From Eledone cirrhosa (lineage: Eukaryota), in NCBI GenBank assembly GCA_964016885.1, contig OZ024750.1, positions 14,508,001 to 14,572,000 of the forward strand: 64,000 nt of DNA, given 5' to 3'. Made by a program: the position numbers and the translations under genes. This document shows positions 24,836-39,800 of the stretch, piece by piece (within the stretch, counting starts at the first letter, position 1; each line of letters starts with the position of its first letter). The notes below the pieces were generated by a model. The model was not told the origin of the DNA and searched no databases. It worked only from the letters and a program-made list of their open reading frames with translations.

Positions 24836-27800
24836 GCTGCTGCTGCTACCGCCGCCACCACCACAACCACCACCACTACCACCACCACCACTACTACTAC
24901 TACTACCACCTAAGGAATGGAATAAGTAATATTTTGCTTCATGTACACATACACACATAGACACACATGTCTACCAATTCTGCTGTTTTCCAAGGCATTG
25001 TTCAATCAAAGTCTATAGTAGAAGACAGGCCCAAAGTGCAATAGTAAGACTGAATCCGTAACCATGTGGTTGTCAAGTGAACTTCTTAACCACTCAACCT
25101 AAATTGAAACTTAAAAAAAACTAGTATGTTAATAAGTAGGGAAGAGGACAGAACTCTGATACCATCAGAGTAATGGCCTTGTTTCATGTCAGAAACGGGT
25201 GGGAAGAAGTTCTAGAATTCACACAGCATCTATGGATGTATAAGAGATGCAGTGGGATTATAGGTTAATAGATAAGTAGACTTTGTATTCGGTAGATGTA
25301 GAAGAGAAGTAAGCACTAAGAGCACACATAAAATAGATTCTTTAAGTTGCCTGGGAAATTCCCTAGAAGTGATTCTCTACATTTTACAAAGCTTTTTACA
25401 TAAAAACAAAACGCTATTAAAGGGGACAAAAAAGAAGGAAAAATGGTTCAAGCAATGAAAGAAAGGGAGAGGAGGAGGGACAGATGCTAAACCCCAGTCT
25501 GTGTGGTGCCTCAGCCGTACCCCGTGGACAAAATGGCAATGGCATTGTTGTGAAGAAGCCCCGAGACACCCACTGTAACAACCAGCCCACCTCAGAAAGT
25601 TCCCTCTTCAAATGGACCACACAATCTGTCTGATTTTATGGAGCAAATCAGCAGTGCGGGGACCAAGGACACAGAAGGTCTTGACAGAGACAGGTACAAA
25701 GAGGAAGCGGCCAGTGAGGCCTCTGTCTTGACAGTTTTATTATCTAGTTGACCTAATTAGTAATGGAGGAGGTGGTCCTGGAGACATAGTAGCTCGTGTA
25801 AGAATGAGCTGGAAAAAAGTCTTTTTTTTAAATATTCATTTATTAAGTTTATAAGATTTTATAAATCAAAATGTAAAAGAAAATTTGGTAATCAACATTA
25901 CAGTGTGATTAAACCAATAAATGTGATATATATATTTTATTATTTAATCAATAAATACATTATATATATTTAATTATTTAATCAATAAATATGATATATA
26001 TAAATTATAATAATAATATAATGAAATTATTGTGTACAGTGCTCAGGTGCATGTATAGTACATAGAATAATGTACAAATGTCAGGAAAATGAACAGTGTA
26101 TGAGTCATGATATACATGTGTGCGTGTGTATGGAGGTGGGATATCAGGTGTAGTGTTGGCGAATTTCTGGAAGCAAATAAATATGATGTATATATTTCAT
26201 TAAACCAATAAATATGATGTATCTATTTGATTAAACCATTAAATATGATGTATATATTTCATTAAACCAATAAATATGATGTATCTATTTGATTAAACCA
26301 TTAAATATGATGTATATATTTCATTAAACCAATAAATATGATATATCTATTTGATTAAACCAATAAATATGATGTATATATTTCATTAAACCAATAAATA
26401 TGATATATCTATTTGATTAAACCATTAAATATGATGTATATATTTCATTAAACCAATAAATATGATGTATATATTTCATTAAACCAATAAATATGATGTA
26501 TATATTTCATTAAACCAATAAATATGATGTATATATTTCATTAAACCAATAAATATGATGTATATATTTGATTAAACCATTAAATATGATGTATATATTT
26601 CATTAAACCAATAAATATGATGTATATATTTGATTAAACCATTAAATATGATGTATATATTTCATTAAACCAATAAATATGATGTATATATTTCATTAAA
26701 CCAATAAATATGATATATCTATTTGATTAAACCATTAAATATGATGTATATATTTCATTAAACCAATAAATATGATGTATATATTTCATTAAACCAATAA
26801 ATATGATGTATATATTTGATTATTCCAGCTCCGATACACTTGTTCATTGAATGGTTGTCAACAATTTGGTCACACTGAATCACTGAATGAAGAAGAAGAT
26901 TTACTTGTTATTACGAGAAATACTCAAACAGTTCGAGCTGTTGATTCAAGAACTGGTCTGGAAAAGTAAGATACAGTATTTATTTAATTTCACTTTAAAT
27001 GACTTGTTTTTTTTTCTTTGTAGCTGACTGAATGCAGATATTCTTTTCTTAACAGTATTCTATAGATAATAATAATAATGAAATTATTGTGTAAAGTGCT
27101 CAGGTGCACTACAACTCGTCAATATAGTACATAGAATAATACACAAATGTCAGGGAAGTACATGTTTGTATGTGTTAGCTGTAGTGTTGGCGGATCTCGG
27201 GAAGCATGGAGGCCTTAAAGGATGCAGTGTCTCGACAGCTAACAACTGATGCAGGTAGTTTGTTCCATGCTTCAGCTGTAGCTTCACGCCACACAATCTT
27301 TCCGCAGACCGGTAGTTGTATATATATATGTTATTTAAAATATACATTAATTATAAAATGTAGTTACAGTTATGATAGATGGTATTGAGAAGATGAATAT
27401 TGAATATTTAAACAAATCTTTTTAAATTTAAGTCCAATATTCAATTTATCTATTATATAATTTTAAACAAGTTAATTATTTCTTTGTGGCCTGGTATCAA
27501 ATGATCTATGAACCAGTACTGGTCTGCGGCCCAGTGGTTGGGGACCTCTGGTATAGATGATAAAACCAAGAAGTCTCTGCTTCTGAGAGTTAAGCAGTTT
27601 TGCCAGGTACAGAGCTTTGAATAATAGAGAAGTTGGAAGAATATTTCAACATATTTCTGAGAGGAGGAACAAAAAATGAAATATTAGTAATAATTACTAT
27701 TATCAACCCTCCTCCCTACATTCACCACCTCTACTATGTGGATTGAAGTGAAGTGAAGAATTGTTTGAGAAGATTCAGCATGTCATCATCATCATCATCA

Positions 27801-30800
27801 TCACCGTTTTACGTCCGTTCTTCCACGCTAACATGGGTTAGACGGGTTGTCCTGTTGTGGGCAGTGTCTGGTCGGCTGACCATGCCTTGCTCATACAGGA
27901 ACTGATCTGGCTTGATTTCTACAGCTGGATGCCCTTCCTAACACCAACCTCATTTACAGTAAGTGCTGGGTGCTTTTTCGTGGCGCCTACACGTCCACTT
28001 TACAGTGTGGGCTGGGTGCTTTTTTGCCGTGGCACCTCCACGACCACCTTGCGGTGGGGGGGGGGGGGGGCATATTGTTTATATGCTTCAGCATGTACCC
28101 ATGGGAGGTCGGGTACCCTGTATTACTGCGTGACGCCAGAAGTCACGGTCGTGTGTCATTGACTTTGAGAGGTGTAGTTGGGTAAGGTCGGCTTTTATCA
28201 CCTCATCCCAAGTCATCTTGGGTCTCCCCACTCCGCGGTTTCCATCAACTTCTAGTGCTCTGCACCTTTTTATGCAGCTGTCATCCTTCATACGCATCAC
28301 ATGTCCATACCAGCGTAACCGCCTCTCCTGCACGCAGCATTTGATTCCTCTTATGCTCAGTCTCTCTCTCAATTCCTTTATGCTTTGTCGTTCACGTATA
28401 TTACTGTTACACATCCATCGGAGCATGCAGGCTTCGTTTCTCTCTAATCTACGTAAGTCTTCCACCTTCAGCGCCCAGGTCTCACTACCATGCAACATCG
28501 CTGTTCGGATACACGCATCATACAGTCTGCCTTTCATTCTGAGGGAGAAGCCTTTTGCAGCTAGCAGTGGTAGTAGTTCCCTAAACTTCTTCCATCCCGT
28601 TCTTACCCTAGTTATTGTACTTTCTGAGCACCCACCTCCGTTGCTAATTCGGTCACCTAGGTAGCAGAAGCTGTCTACTGTTTCTACAGGGCCCTCCCAG
28701 AGATTGGTGGTACTTGTTTCCTGTGGCTGTTTGCTTGCTGTTTCAGCACAGCTGCTGCATGTGAATCCTACATTTTTAATTAAGCTTCCTGAGATCCCGC
28801 TACATCTCTTGTGTACCCATTGTTTGCATTTGGGGCAGAGAATGGAGTTCCTACCTACACCTTTCCTACATACTGAGCAAGGCCATTTCCCTGTATTTTT
28901 GATTAATTAAATTGAGTTTAGATTTTGTTTAAGTGACATGTACTCACTTTGAAATCACTATTCCCACTTTGATCTGACATATGCTCATTTTGAAATCATT
29001 ATTCTCACTTCGAACTGATATCTCCTCACTTAGAATAACAAATAGAGAGATCTGCTTTTGAAAAAAATGTGTTCTCTATCATCAATTTTACAAGGAAATT
29101 AATATGTAATGTTCTTTCTATATTTAACCAGATGGAATTTCAGTGTTGGCCACCATGATGTCAATTATGTTGGTTTGATGCCAAGCAAAGTAATGGATTC
29201 ATCTAACACAGAAGAAATGGATGATATTTCTGAAATGGCTGAGAAATCAGAGAATAGCTTCATGTATTTTGGTAAGAGACTTCATTTACCTGTGTTTTTT
29301 CTTTTACCCCTTTAGCATTTAAACTGGCCATATCTGACCAGAATTGTCTCACCTCTTCCCGTTCAAACTGGCCATAACCAGTTGGTCATACTTATGTTAA
29401 TGTATTGTTCTCAAAATAATATCAAAATCTTGTAGATTTGACATTATGTGAGATAAAGTGTTTACCGTGAAAATACAATAGTAAATATAGAGTAATGTAA
29501 ATACTAAAGGGTTACAAATGAAATAAGTAACTGCCTCATTCTTTTACTTACAAAGTCCTTTTCTATTTTTTTTATATATCAATTTTTCTTAACACTTTAT
29601 ACACAATGATTTAAGTTTTCATACCTATATAATAGTTGGACAACAAGATCCCAGACTTCATTTGCTTAACGAGTGGGGTGGAGCTAGTCAAATCGGACTG
29701 AGGAAACAATGTGTCCATTGGTCTTTCCAATTGCACTTACCCATAACAAAGTAATGAAACTAATCAGTACATTAGGATAATTAAACAGTGCTTGTTATTG
29801 TTTCTTGTTTCATTTCATTGTATTTAATGTAAACAGCTCATAGCAGTTTCTCCCCCACTCTCTCCCTCCCCCTCTATATCTCCTCTCTCTAATGATCTAA
29901 TATGACTCCACAACTGTCCAACTAAAGTTCTAACATGTTCACATTCACAGTTATTGCAACTCCACACCATTTCTGATAAATCTTTAGCATTTATGTTGCT
30001 CTATATACACTATTGTATTTTCATGGTAAACACTTTATCTCAAAATTATCACACATAATATCGAGTCTATGAAATTTTGATATTATTTATTTTGAGAACA
30101 ATACCTTAATGTCAGTATGAGCGGCCAGTTATAGTGGGTTTGAACAGAAAGAGGTGAGAGAATTCTGGCTGGATATGGTCGGTTTAGATGCTAAAGGGTT
30201 AAAATGTGTTGGTAGTAGTACCAGCTGGCCAGTTGGTAGCAGTACTAGCTGTCCAGTTGGTAGCAGTACTAGCTGGTCAGTTAGTAGCAGTACTAGCTGG
30301 TCAGTTAGTAGCAGTACTAGCTGGTCAGTTGGTAGCGGTATCAGTACAGAGAAAATATGACGTTAACAAAACAACAGCTAAGAGGGGAGGGGGACATTGC
30401 TTTTTGTTTTTTAATTATCTTTGATTACTTGCTTGTAATCAAACTTGGTGTTTATATGACAACGGCTTGGAAAACAATAACAAAGACAGTGAATATACAA
30501 CTCTTAAATATTGATTTATTTTTTACAAATATATATATATATTATATATACCGTGACCTCTGGCGTCACGCAGTAATACAGAAGACCCGATGCCCCCCAC
30601 AGGATCAAGTTGAAGCATATAGTAAATATGCCCCTACCCCCTTCCACTGCAAAGTGGTCGTGGAGGTGCCACAGCAAAAAAGCACCCAGTCCACACTGTA
30701 AAGTGGACGTGTAGGCGCCACGGAAAAAAAGCACCCAGCACTCACTGTAAATGAGGTTGGTGTTAGGAAGGGCATCCAGCTGTAGAAATCAAGCCAGAAT

Positions 30801-33800
30801 CAGTTCCTGTATGAGCAAGACAAAGTCAGCCGACCGGGCACTGCCCACAACAGGACAACCCGTCTAACCCATGCTAGTGTGGAAGAATGAACGTAAAATG
30901 GTGATGATGATATATATATATAAATTTTGGGAGAAACAGGGAGGTGTGTGGTTACTTGATAGAGTGTATTTAAAAATAAAAGGAAAGTACAAGTGGGGGA
31001 CAATCCTTCCTTCAGTTGTCTGCTGGGGTGATGTAAATGAGAAAGGCCAAACAATATAACCTATGTTAGTGTGGAAAATGAACTTTAAATGGTGATGATG
31101 ATGATGATACAACTCCTACCTATCCCTATATCTGGAAGAGACATTGATGCAACCTTATGTGTGCGAACAGGTTTCTATTGCATTTAGTTTTTCATGTAAC
31201 CGATTACACCTTTTTATAGAAATCATAACACACAAATTGTATAACATATTGAAAAGAGTGGAAGAGAGCACTTAATATAAATATATTGATAATATTTATT
31301 GTGGCTAGAAAGGACTAAGATGTCTTTAGAGCTTGTGTTGTAATAAAATGTACCTAGTAGTCTCTGTAAAGTGATTGGTACTAAGAAGGACATTCAGCTC
31401 TAGGAATCATGCCAAAAATGAAATGCTTAAATGCTTTGTAGTAATCATTACGACCCCATGCAGTATTTGTTCTGACTCCATGCTTTGCAACATAGAGTTA
31501 CGGCCCTTTACATTCTGAGTTCAAATCCCACTGAGGTCAACTTTGCCTTTCATGCTTTTGAGGTTAATAATATATCTCTTTCTCATTTCCTTTTTATCAC
31601 TCTCACTCCTCTGAAAGAAATCGACTGTACTCAGACCTGGAGAGGGGAAGACTGCACCAGGAGTTACAGGTTCTTACATACACACAATGTCTATATAAGA
31701 ATTAATGCAATTCCTGGCAATCTTCAGAAAGGACAGTAGCATCAACTGAAATTGATAGAGAGCCTTAAGATATAGACTCTATTTTACACTTTCTCAAATG
31801 CAGATAAAAATCTTGTTTTAGAGATAAAATGAAACTTCTGATTTTGCAAAAAGCTTCTGATTTATAGTGAAAAAAAACAATAGAAGCTTTGATATTTCTT
31901 TTAGTGTGTTGGGGATGGGTAAACGTTTCTATTTTACTTGACTTTAAAATTAATAATGTTTATTTAAATCTTCACAGATGAAATGGATGATATTGTTGAG
32001 TCTTCCCTACAAATTTATATACCTGAAGGTATTATATTATGTAAATGTCCTGATGATCCCAATCAAATGTTATGGCAGCATAAGGTATGTTTTTTACATT
32101 TTTACCAACAAAATATTATTCACTTGTTTTTATACATTTTTTTCAATTCAATGATTTAGAGCAGGTTTTCTTTTATATATTTTGTTTATTGTTGTAGCCC
32201 CCAACCACTCTCTCTCTCTCTTTGTTATTTCTGAGACAAGTTAGTTCTCAATACTCTCCATTTTTAATGGTGGTAGATTGGCAAAATTGGTAGAGTGTCA
32301 GAAAAAACTCCATTGCAGTATTTGTCCTAGCTCTTTACATTCTATGTTCAAGTCCCTCCGAGGTTGACTTTGCCTGTCATCCTTTTGAGGCCAATAAAAT
32401 AAAGTACCAGGGTTGATTTAATCAACTTTGCTCTTCCCTCAAATTTACTGGCCTTGTGCCTAAATTAGAAATTACTATTCTCCATCTTCCATTAAGGAGT
32501 TGATATGAACTAGCCATGTTGTTAGATCATCTCTTTCCTTTCATTGCTGCCAACAAGAACATGTATGATCTCTCCTTGAGCTTTATGTGTAAACATCCAA
32601 CTGCTGTCAAGGATATTTCAATAATCAATAACATTGATCAATAACTGACAATTTCAATGATCATATCAGGAAAAATCAGGATTTATTTTCTGGTGTGGAC
32701 GGAGGCTAAGTCATGGTACAAGAAATAAAGAGGGATCAATGTTCCTATAATTCTTGCGTTAGAAATAAGTCACCATTTGCAATGTAAACTCAAAAAACCT
32801 GGTCAGATGGTCACTTAGCACCTTTTGACATAAAAACCAGATTAGCATTTTTACCTAGCTGAAAAGAAGACGTAGATGATCTGTGAACTTTGACCACTGG
32901 TGACGAATATAGCTGTCAAGACAAATTAGTGGTAAACAATTTAAAATTTAGAATGAAAGAGACATAGAAGCTAAAGATAAATAAATAAAAGGAAACTATG
33001 GGAGTTAAAAGGTTAGGGGAAACTTTGAGACCCCCCCCCCCCTCCTCCGCCCAATACTGCTTATTAGAATAGGACAAAGGAAAGAGAACTATAACAGTTA
33101 CGGGTCCTTAAGAAACAACCTGCATTAGAGAATGTTTAGAAAAATACTGTGTGCTTGGTGGTGGTTACCTGTGGAAGATGAATACAAAGAAAGAAGGGAT
33201 GTGGCCAGATCTTTGAATGATGGGTTTCACAGATGAGATGATAATAGATGAAGACAATTCTGTACAGGAGGTGTATCCTACAGACACTAAAAGAGATGAT
33301 AACGACTGTTATCTCTGCCATCATTATTTTCTTTTCTATAATAACTGATATCGCTCTCATCACTATTTTTCCTTCCTCTAATGACTGTTATCTCTCTCTC
33401 ATCGCTATTTTTCCTTCCTCTAACGACTCTGTTATCGCTCTCATCACTATTTTTCCTTCCTCTAACGACTCTGTTATCTCTGTCATCACTATTTTTCCTT
33501 CCTCTAACAACTCTGTTATCTCTGTCATCACTATTTTCTTTTCCTCTTTTAAAGTAAACATTGTTTAAGATTGTCTCAGTCTTGGTTTCCTCTAATCTGC
33601 TTTTGACAAATGATGAAGCTGACAGCAGATTCTGTTCAGTTTGTTGACATTATTGATGTAGATATATATTGTTATTTCAGCTGTCTTCTCCCGTTACCGG
33701 TGCTTGGTTACTACATCAGAATAAACTTAAAGCTATTAGCCTGTTCAACAAGAAAAATATTCCACGATTGGTTGATAGTAGTGTACCTTATATGTATATT

Positions 33801-36800
33801 GGTAAGTGACAGTTTAAACAAATATTTTACATATCCTTGAGCTAAATAAACATGAGAAATATTAAATAACTATGAGGTAAAAAGTATTTTTTCAACTGAC
33901 TTGTTGATTTATGTATCAATTTATTGCTTGGAACAAACTCCTGTATTAATACTGAAAATTTGTTCATCATTATGCTATCATAATGCTACCATCATTATAA
34001 TATAGTATTGTAGTTATAGTACCATTGTCATATATATAGTACAGTGATTGTAATAGTACCACTGTTCTATTATATATAGTACAGTGGCTGTAATAGCACC
34101 ATTGTTCTATTATATTTAGTACAGTGGCTGTAATAGTACCATTGTTCTATTATATATAGTACAGTGGCTGTAATAGCACCATTGTCATATTGTATATAGT
34201 ACAGTGGCTGTAATAGTACCATTGTTCTATTATATATAGTACAGTGGTTGTAATAGTACCATTGTTATATTATATATAGTACAGTGGCTGTAATAGTACC
34301 ATTGTTCTATTATATATAGTACAGTGGCTGTAATAGTACCATTGTTCTATTATATATAGTACAGTGGCTGTAATAGTACCATTGTTCTATTATATATAGT
34401 ACAGTGGCTGTAATAGCACCATTGTCATATTGTATATAGTACAGTGGCTGTAATAGTACCATTGTTCTATTATATATAATACAGTGGCTGTAATAGTACC
34501 ATTGTTCTATTATATGTAGTACAGTGGTTGTAATAGTACCATTGTCATATTGTATATAGTACAGTGGCTGTAATAGTACCATTGTTCTATTATATATAGT
34601 ACAGTGGCTGTAATAGTACCATTGTTCTATTATATATAGTACAGTGGCTGTAATAGCACCATTGTCATATTGTATATAGTACAGTGGCTGTAATAGTACC
34701 ATTGTTCTATTATATATAATACAGTGGCTGTAATAGTACCATTGTTCTATTATATGTAGTACAGTGGTTGTAATAGTACCATTGTCATATTGTATATAGT
34801 ACAGTGGCTGTAATAGTACCATTGTTCTATTATATATAGTACAGTGGCTGTAATAGTACCATTGTTCTATTATATATAGTACAGTGGCTGTAATAGCACC
34901 ATTGTCATATTGTATATAGTACAGTGGCTGTAATAGTACCATTGTTCTATTATATATAATACAGTGGCTGTAATAGTACCATTGTTCTATTATATGTAGT
35001 ACAGTGGTTGTAATAGTACCATTGTCATATTGTATATAGTACAGTGGCTGTAATAGTACCATTGTTCTATTATATATAATACAGTGGCTGTAATAGTACC
35101 ATTGTTCTATTATATGTAGTACAGTGGTTGTAATAGTACCATTGTTCTATTATATATAGTACAGTGGCTGTAATTGCTGTCTTATAAGATATTTTATGAA
35201 TCTCCTCAGTTCTTTATAATTGCTATCAATATATTTCAGGACATCATCACAACCAACTCTATGTTCAAGTTTCCGACCAGATTGTTGAACAAGTAGCACC
35301 AAGACAAATATTTGAACAGTTACCATATGTCTCCTGGAAGCCATATTTAGCATCATGTAAGTCTCTATCTCTTTCTTTCCCTCTCTGTCTGTCTGGTTTT
35401 CTTTCTCGCTCTCTCTCCCCCAGTCACATACACGTCACTTTCTTTCTCTCATTGCTCTAATTATCACCCCTCACCCTCACCCCTCTCCCCACCTCCTCTA
35501 TCCATCTTCCCAGTACCATACCATTTGGTAGTTTGTTGTTACCTTTATTTCTGCTGGTCTGTCCAGGTTTAGTTTGAATTATAACTTGGCATTATAAATC
35601 GGATCTAACCCAACTCTAAATATTTAATAATGTATTTACATTCTTAATTCTTGTCTTGTCTTTTATTGGTTTTGTTTTTTTAGCATGTTCCAGAACTCCA
35701 GCATTGCGTCCAAATATAAATAATGGTATACCTTTGATTGGTAAAAAAACATTCAAGAAAAAGAACCCGCTGAACACTGCCGTTGCTGTTTGGCACCAAA
35801 ATTATCCATTTGGTGAGTTGCTGTAGATTTTATTCCGATTTCTCTTACCAAATTTCTCTGCTAGTCCATATTCATTACCCATGTCTCACAGAAACAATGC
35901 TGGTTATTGAATTTTTCCGATGTAAAATGGATAATCATATTTGCTGTATCTCATGATCTTAATTACATGACTAATTATATTTTTTATATGCATATTTAGA
36001 TGATGGTTATTATCTTTTCCCCGATTTCAAAATATTTTTGCCTGACAAAAAAGATGAAAAAATGACCGAAGATGCAGCAGGTGTTTTTCAAAATGTACCC
36101 TCTCTGTGGGATTGGTGGTGAGTTTATTTTTCATTATGTCAAATACAAAGGTCCACTTTTATGTTGTTGTTTCTTATATCAACTGACTTATTAGAATCCT
36201 TAAAGTAATCCTTTAGCATTTACATTAATTTATATTTACTATTGTATTTTCATGGTAAATACTTTATCTCACATAATATCGAATCTATGAGATATTGATA
36301 TTATATATTTTGAGAACAATACCTTAACATAAGTATGAGCAGCCAGTTATGGCCAGTTTGAACAGAAAGAGGTGAGAGAATTCTGGCCAGATATGGCTGG
36401 TTTAAATGCTAAAGCTTTAAAGGAGGGAGAAAGACACTTCCACCTCTTCCAGCAAACTGAGCCTGTGACGCCGTTAAATTGTTAGTTATAACTGTCTTAT
36501 TTACATAGTTAACCCTTTTGATACCAAACTATTAGCTGAAAATGCTCCTGATTATTTGATATAAAGCTGTTTCTTTTAAAGTCTTTGTATATATCTAAAA
36601 ACCTTCCATTATAGTTTTCTGTAAGAAACTTTAAGTTATGCTCCAAACACCAAGGCAGTTCCTCAAACCATGGGCAGTGTCTTTCATTAGAAATATGGTA
36701 ATAGAAGGGTAAATGTCTTTTACATTCTCACTGTTGTCTCAGCTTATTACATAGCAATGGCTATCTGGTCATAATAACTCTATTTATTATAGTATTACAT

Positions 36801-39800
36801 AGAATAATTATTTACTTTAAAATAAGAACCTTTTACCAAATTTGTCCATACCTTTCAGTTTTTGGATTAATATATACTATTTCATTCATTTAATTTTCTT
36901 TTATGTTTTTCTAGGAAAGAACTTGTGCTTATTAGCATTGTGTTTGCTGTGTTAGTTCATGTGTTTCTGAGTCATTATTCTGGTACTACATATCCTGACC
37001 ATGACCCAAACCATATTACTCCCTTAGAAAGAGTTCCAAGCTCACTAGAGCAGGTAAGGTGTCATATTTGCTAACACTAATATATATTCAGATATTGATG
37101 TTTTAGTTGACTAATTAGTAACTATTGGCAAGATAAGTTTTTAACTTGGTTTCTAGTTGTGCCTATCTCACATTGTCTCTGTCCCGGAGAAAGGTATGAA
37201 TTTCACATAATCTTGTTTCTTCTTCTTGATAACCTGACACAACAGATAAACAACCCATATTCTAATTGGATAATAACGCTTATTTTTTAAAATATGAAAA
37301 TATATACTGCAGTAATTATATAGAGATGAAAATAATGATTTCTAATATAGACACACGGATAGAAATTTTGGAGGTGAGGGGTAAGTTGACTACATCGACC
37401 TCAGTATTCGACTGGTAGTTTATTTTATTGACTCCAGATGGATAAAAGGCAAAATAGACTTTGGTGGGAATTGAAACCAGAATGTAGAGGGTCATAACAA
37501 AATACTGCAATATATCTAACACACTAACTAATTAGTTTTTGTATTAACTGGTTTCACTTTTAAACCTCTGCCAAATCGACCCTATTATATTATATATATA
37601 TATATATATGTGTGTGTGTATATGTTTTTTTTGTTGCCACTTGATGTTGAGGATTCATCTTAAACTCTTTTGATTAAAGTGTTCAAGCAACTTGAGGTGT
37701 TTCTAATGTACTGTCCGCGTTCCCAATAGTACAATAGTGCATTCCGTTTGCAGGCCTTGTACACACAAATCTTGGTCTTGTTATTGATGCCATAATCTGC
37801 CCAACGTTTCTGGCTTGATTTCTCTGGCTGGATGTCCTTTCTAATGCTAACCACATTTACAGTGTGGGTTAGGTTCTTTTTGTCGTGACATCATCACAAC
37901 CACTTTACAGTGTGGACTGGTTGCTTTTTGTCGTGACACCATCACAACCACTTTACAGTATGGACTGGTTGCTTTTTGTCGTGACACCATCACAACCACT
38001 TTACAGTGTGGACTGGCTGCTTTTTGTCGAGGTTTCTTGTTTAAAAGTAGCCAAACTTATGAATATTCATGTAGGGAATTTTGATTAATAAATACAATCA
38101 AATCTTTCTTGTTTATTAGGTAGTGAATGATTAAATAAATAAACTCTTTATTGTAGATAGAATCAGTTAATCTTATTCTGCGGTCTATGTTGGAGATCCT
38201 GCCATGTATTTTGGTAAGAATGATTCACAGAAACACCTATGCAATGGCACACATCTCACCAAAATGTTCTTTTGTTTTCTCAAGTTATGTAAATTCTGTC
38301 CAGTGTTAATGTCAGTTTGTCTTGAACAAACAGCTGTGTTTGTTATATTGATGCAATGGCTCCATCTTAGCTTAACATTTCCCTGAACTTACCTTGTTTA
38401 GTCTTCATTGGAAAACTTCTCAAGTCACATTTATAAAAAAAATCAATATATAGTCTTATTCATGTAGACTAATCTATATAGTCACATTATTATAAAACAA
38501 TATAAATCCTTGTAATTCTTTGTTTCTTTTCTAATTTCATTTGCACAATTAAGTGGCTTACTTCCATTTAATGATGATAAGTTATTAAATTACACATTCT
38601 GTGGAGGAATATTATATTAACCCGTTAGCATTTACATTACTCTATATTTACTGTTGTATTTTTGTGGAAAAGGCTTTATCTCACATAATATTGAATCTAT
38701 GAGATCTTGCTATTATTTATTTTGAGAACAATACCTTAACATCAGTGTGAGTGGCTAGTTACGACTGGTTTGAACAGAAAGAGGTGAGAGAATTCTGGCT
38801 AGATATGGCCAGTTTAAATGCTAAAGGATTAAACTTCGTCTATTCAGTTTATTTATAGTTTTAGTTGAAGTATATTGTAAATAATATACCACAACTTTAC
38901 AAATAAACCGATTTAAATTTTGGATGTAAAAGATAATCCTGATTGAACTCACAGTGCCATGAGAAGAAGAGTGCAGCAATGCCTTTCAGTGAAAGAGGGC
39001 TAAGTTTCAAGAACTTGTGCATGAGTGTAGGGAGAACGGTTGGCAGGCATGGCTATTTCCAGTCAAGTTGGGCTGCAGAGGGATTCCCAGTTCACTCGGT
39101 ATGGAGAATGCTTACTACCATTGGAATGACAGGAAGAGAAGAAGAAGGCTGCAGTTTGCAAGATTGGGGAGCAGAAAGGGTTTCTTGTTGGCTTTAGAGC
39201 AAGAGAGAGGAGATAAGTTAGAAGCCAGGAAGTGGAGATGGACAGTAATTTGGACAATACTGTTGATCAACAAGAGGTTGTGGCTCATAACACGCTAATG
39301 AACATTGGACATGATCTGATGACATCAACACCTCCTGGCCAAGGCTATGTTCACCAAAGGTGAATGAATGTGAGGGATCTTCTTGAAGATGTAATTATGC
39401 CTGTGTAATATAATATATTCTTCCACACAATGTCCAATTCATTCAAGAAATAAATCACAGTTGTTCACTCGTAATATATTACTGTTGTCGTATACTTTCT
39501 ATAATTAACCAAAAGATGTGTCACTATTAGATTGAAGCATTACTATCATGCATCCAGTAGCAATTTGCACTTTAATGCTTAACATCCTATAATGATGTAA
39601 CAAAAAATCTAAAAATGGGTTTGTCAATTTAATTGTTTGTAGTGTCTTTACTGGTGGACAGATTGCTGTGAAAATTTGCGGCATTAGACTAAAGTAAAGA
39701 CTTGAATTGTTAATGTGATAGTCATCGTACTGTTTTGTAGTTTTCAAGAATGTCTTGTTCATGTGGTTTGATGCAGTACAGGACATTAAGAGTTATAAGG

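Noticed and set aside
24463-24964. Poly-Tyr, poly-Val and poly-Ser ORFs
   Set aside because: They come from a trinucleotide microsatellite inside PERK intron 3.
34310-35062. 250-aa ORF, the longest in the window
   Set aside because: It is a stop-free frame of the 40-bp satellite, not a gene.
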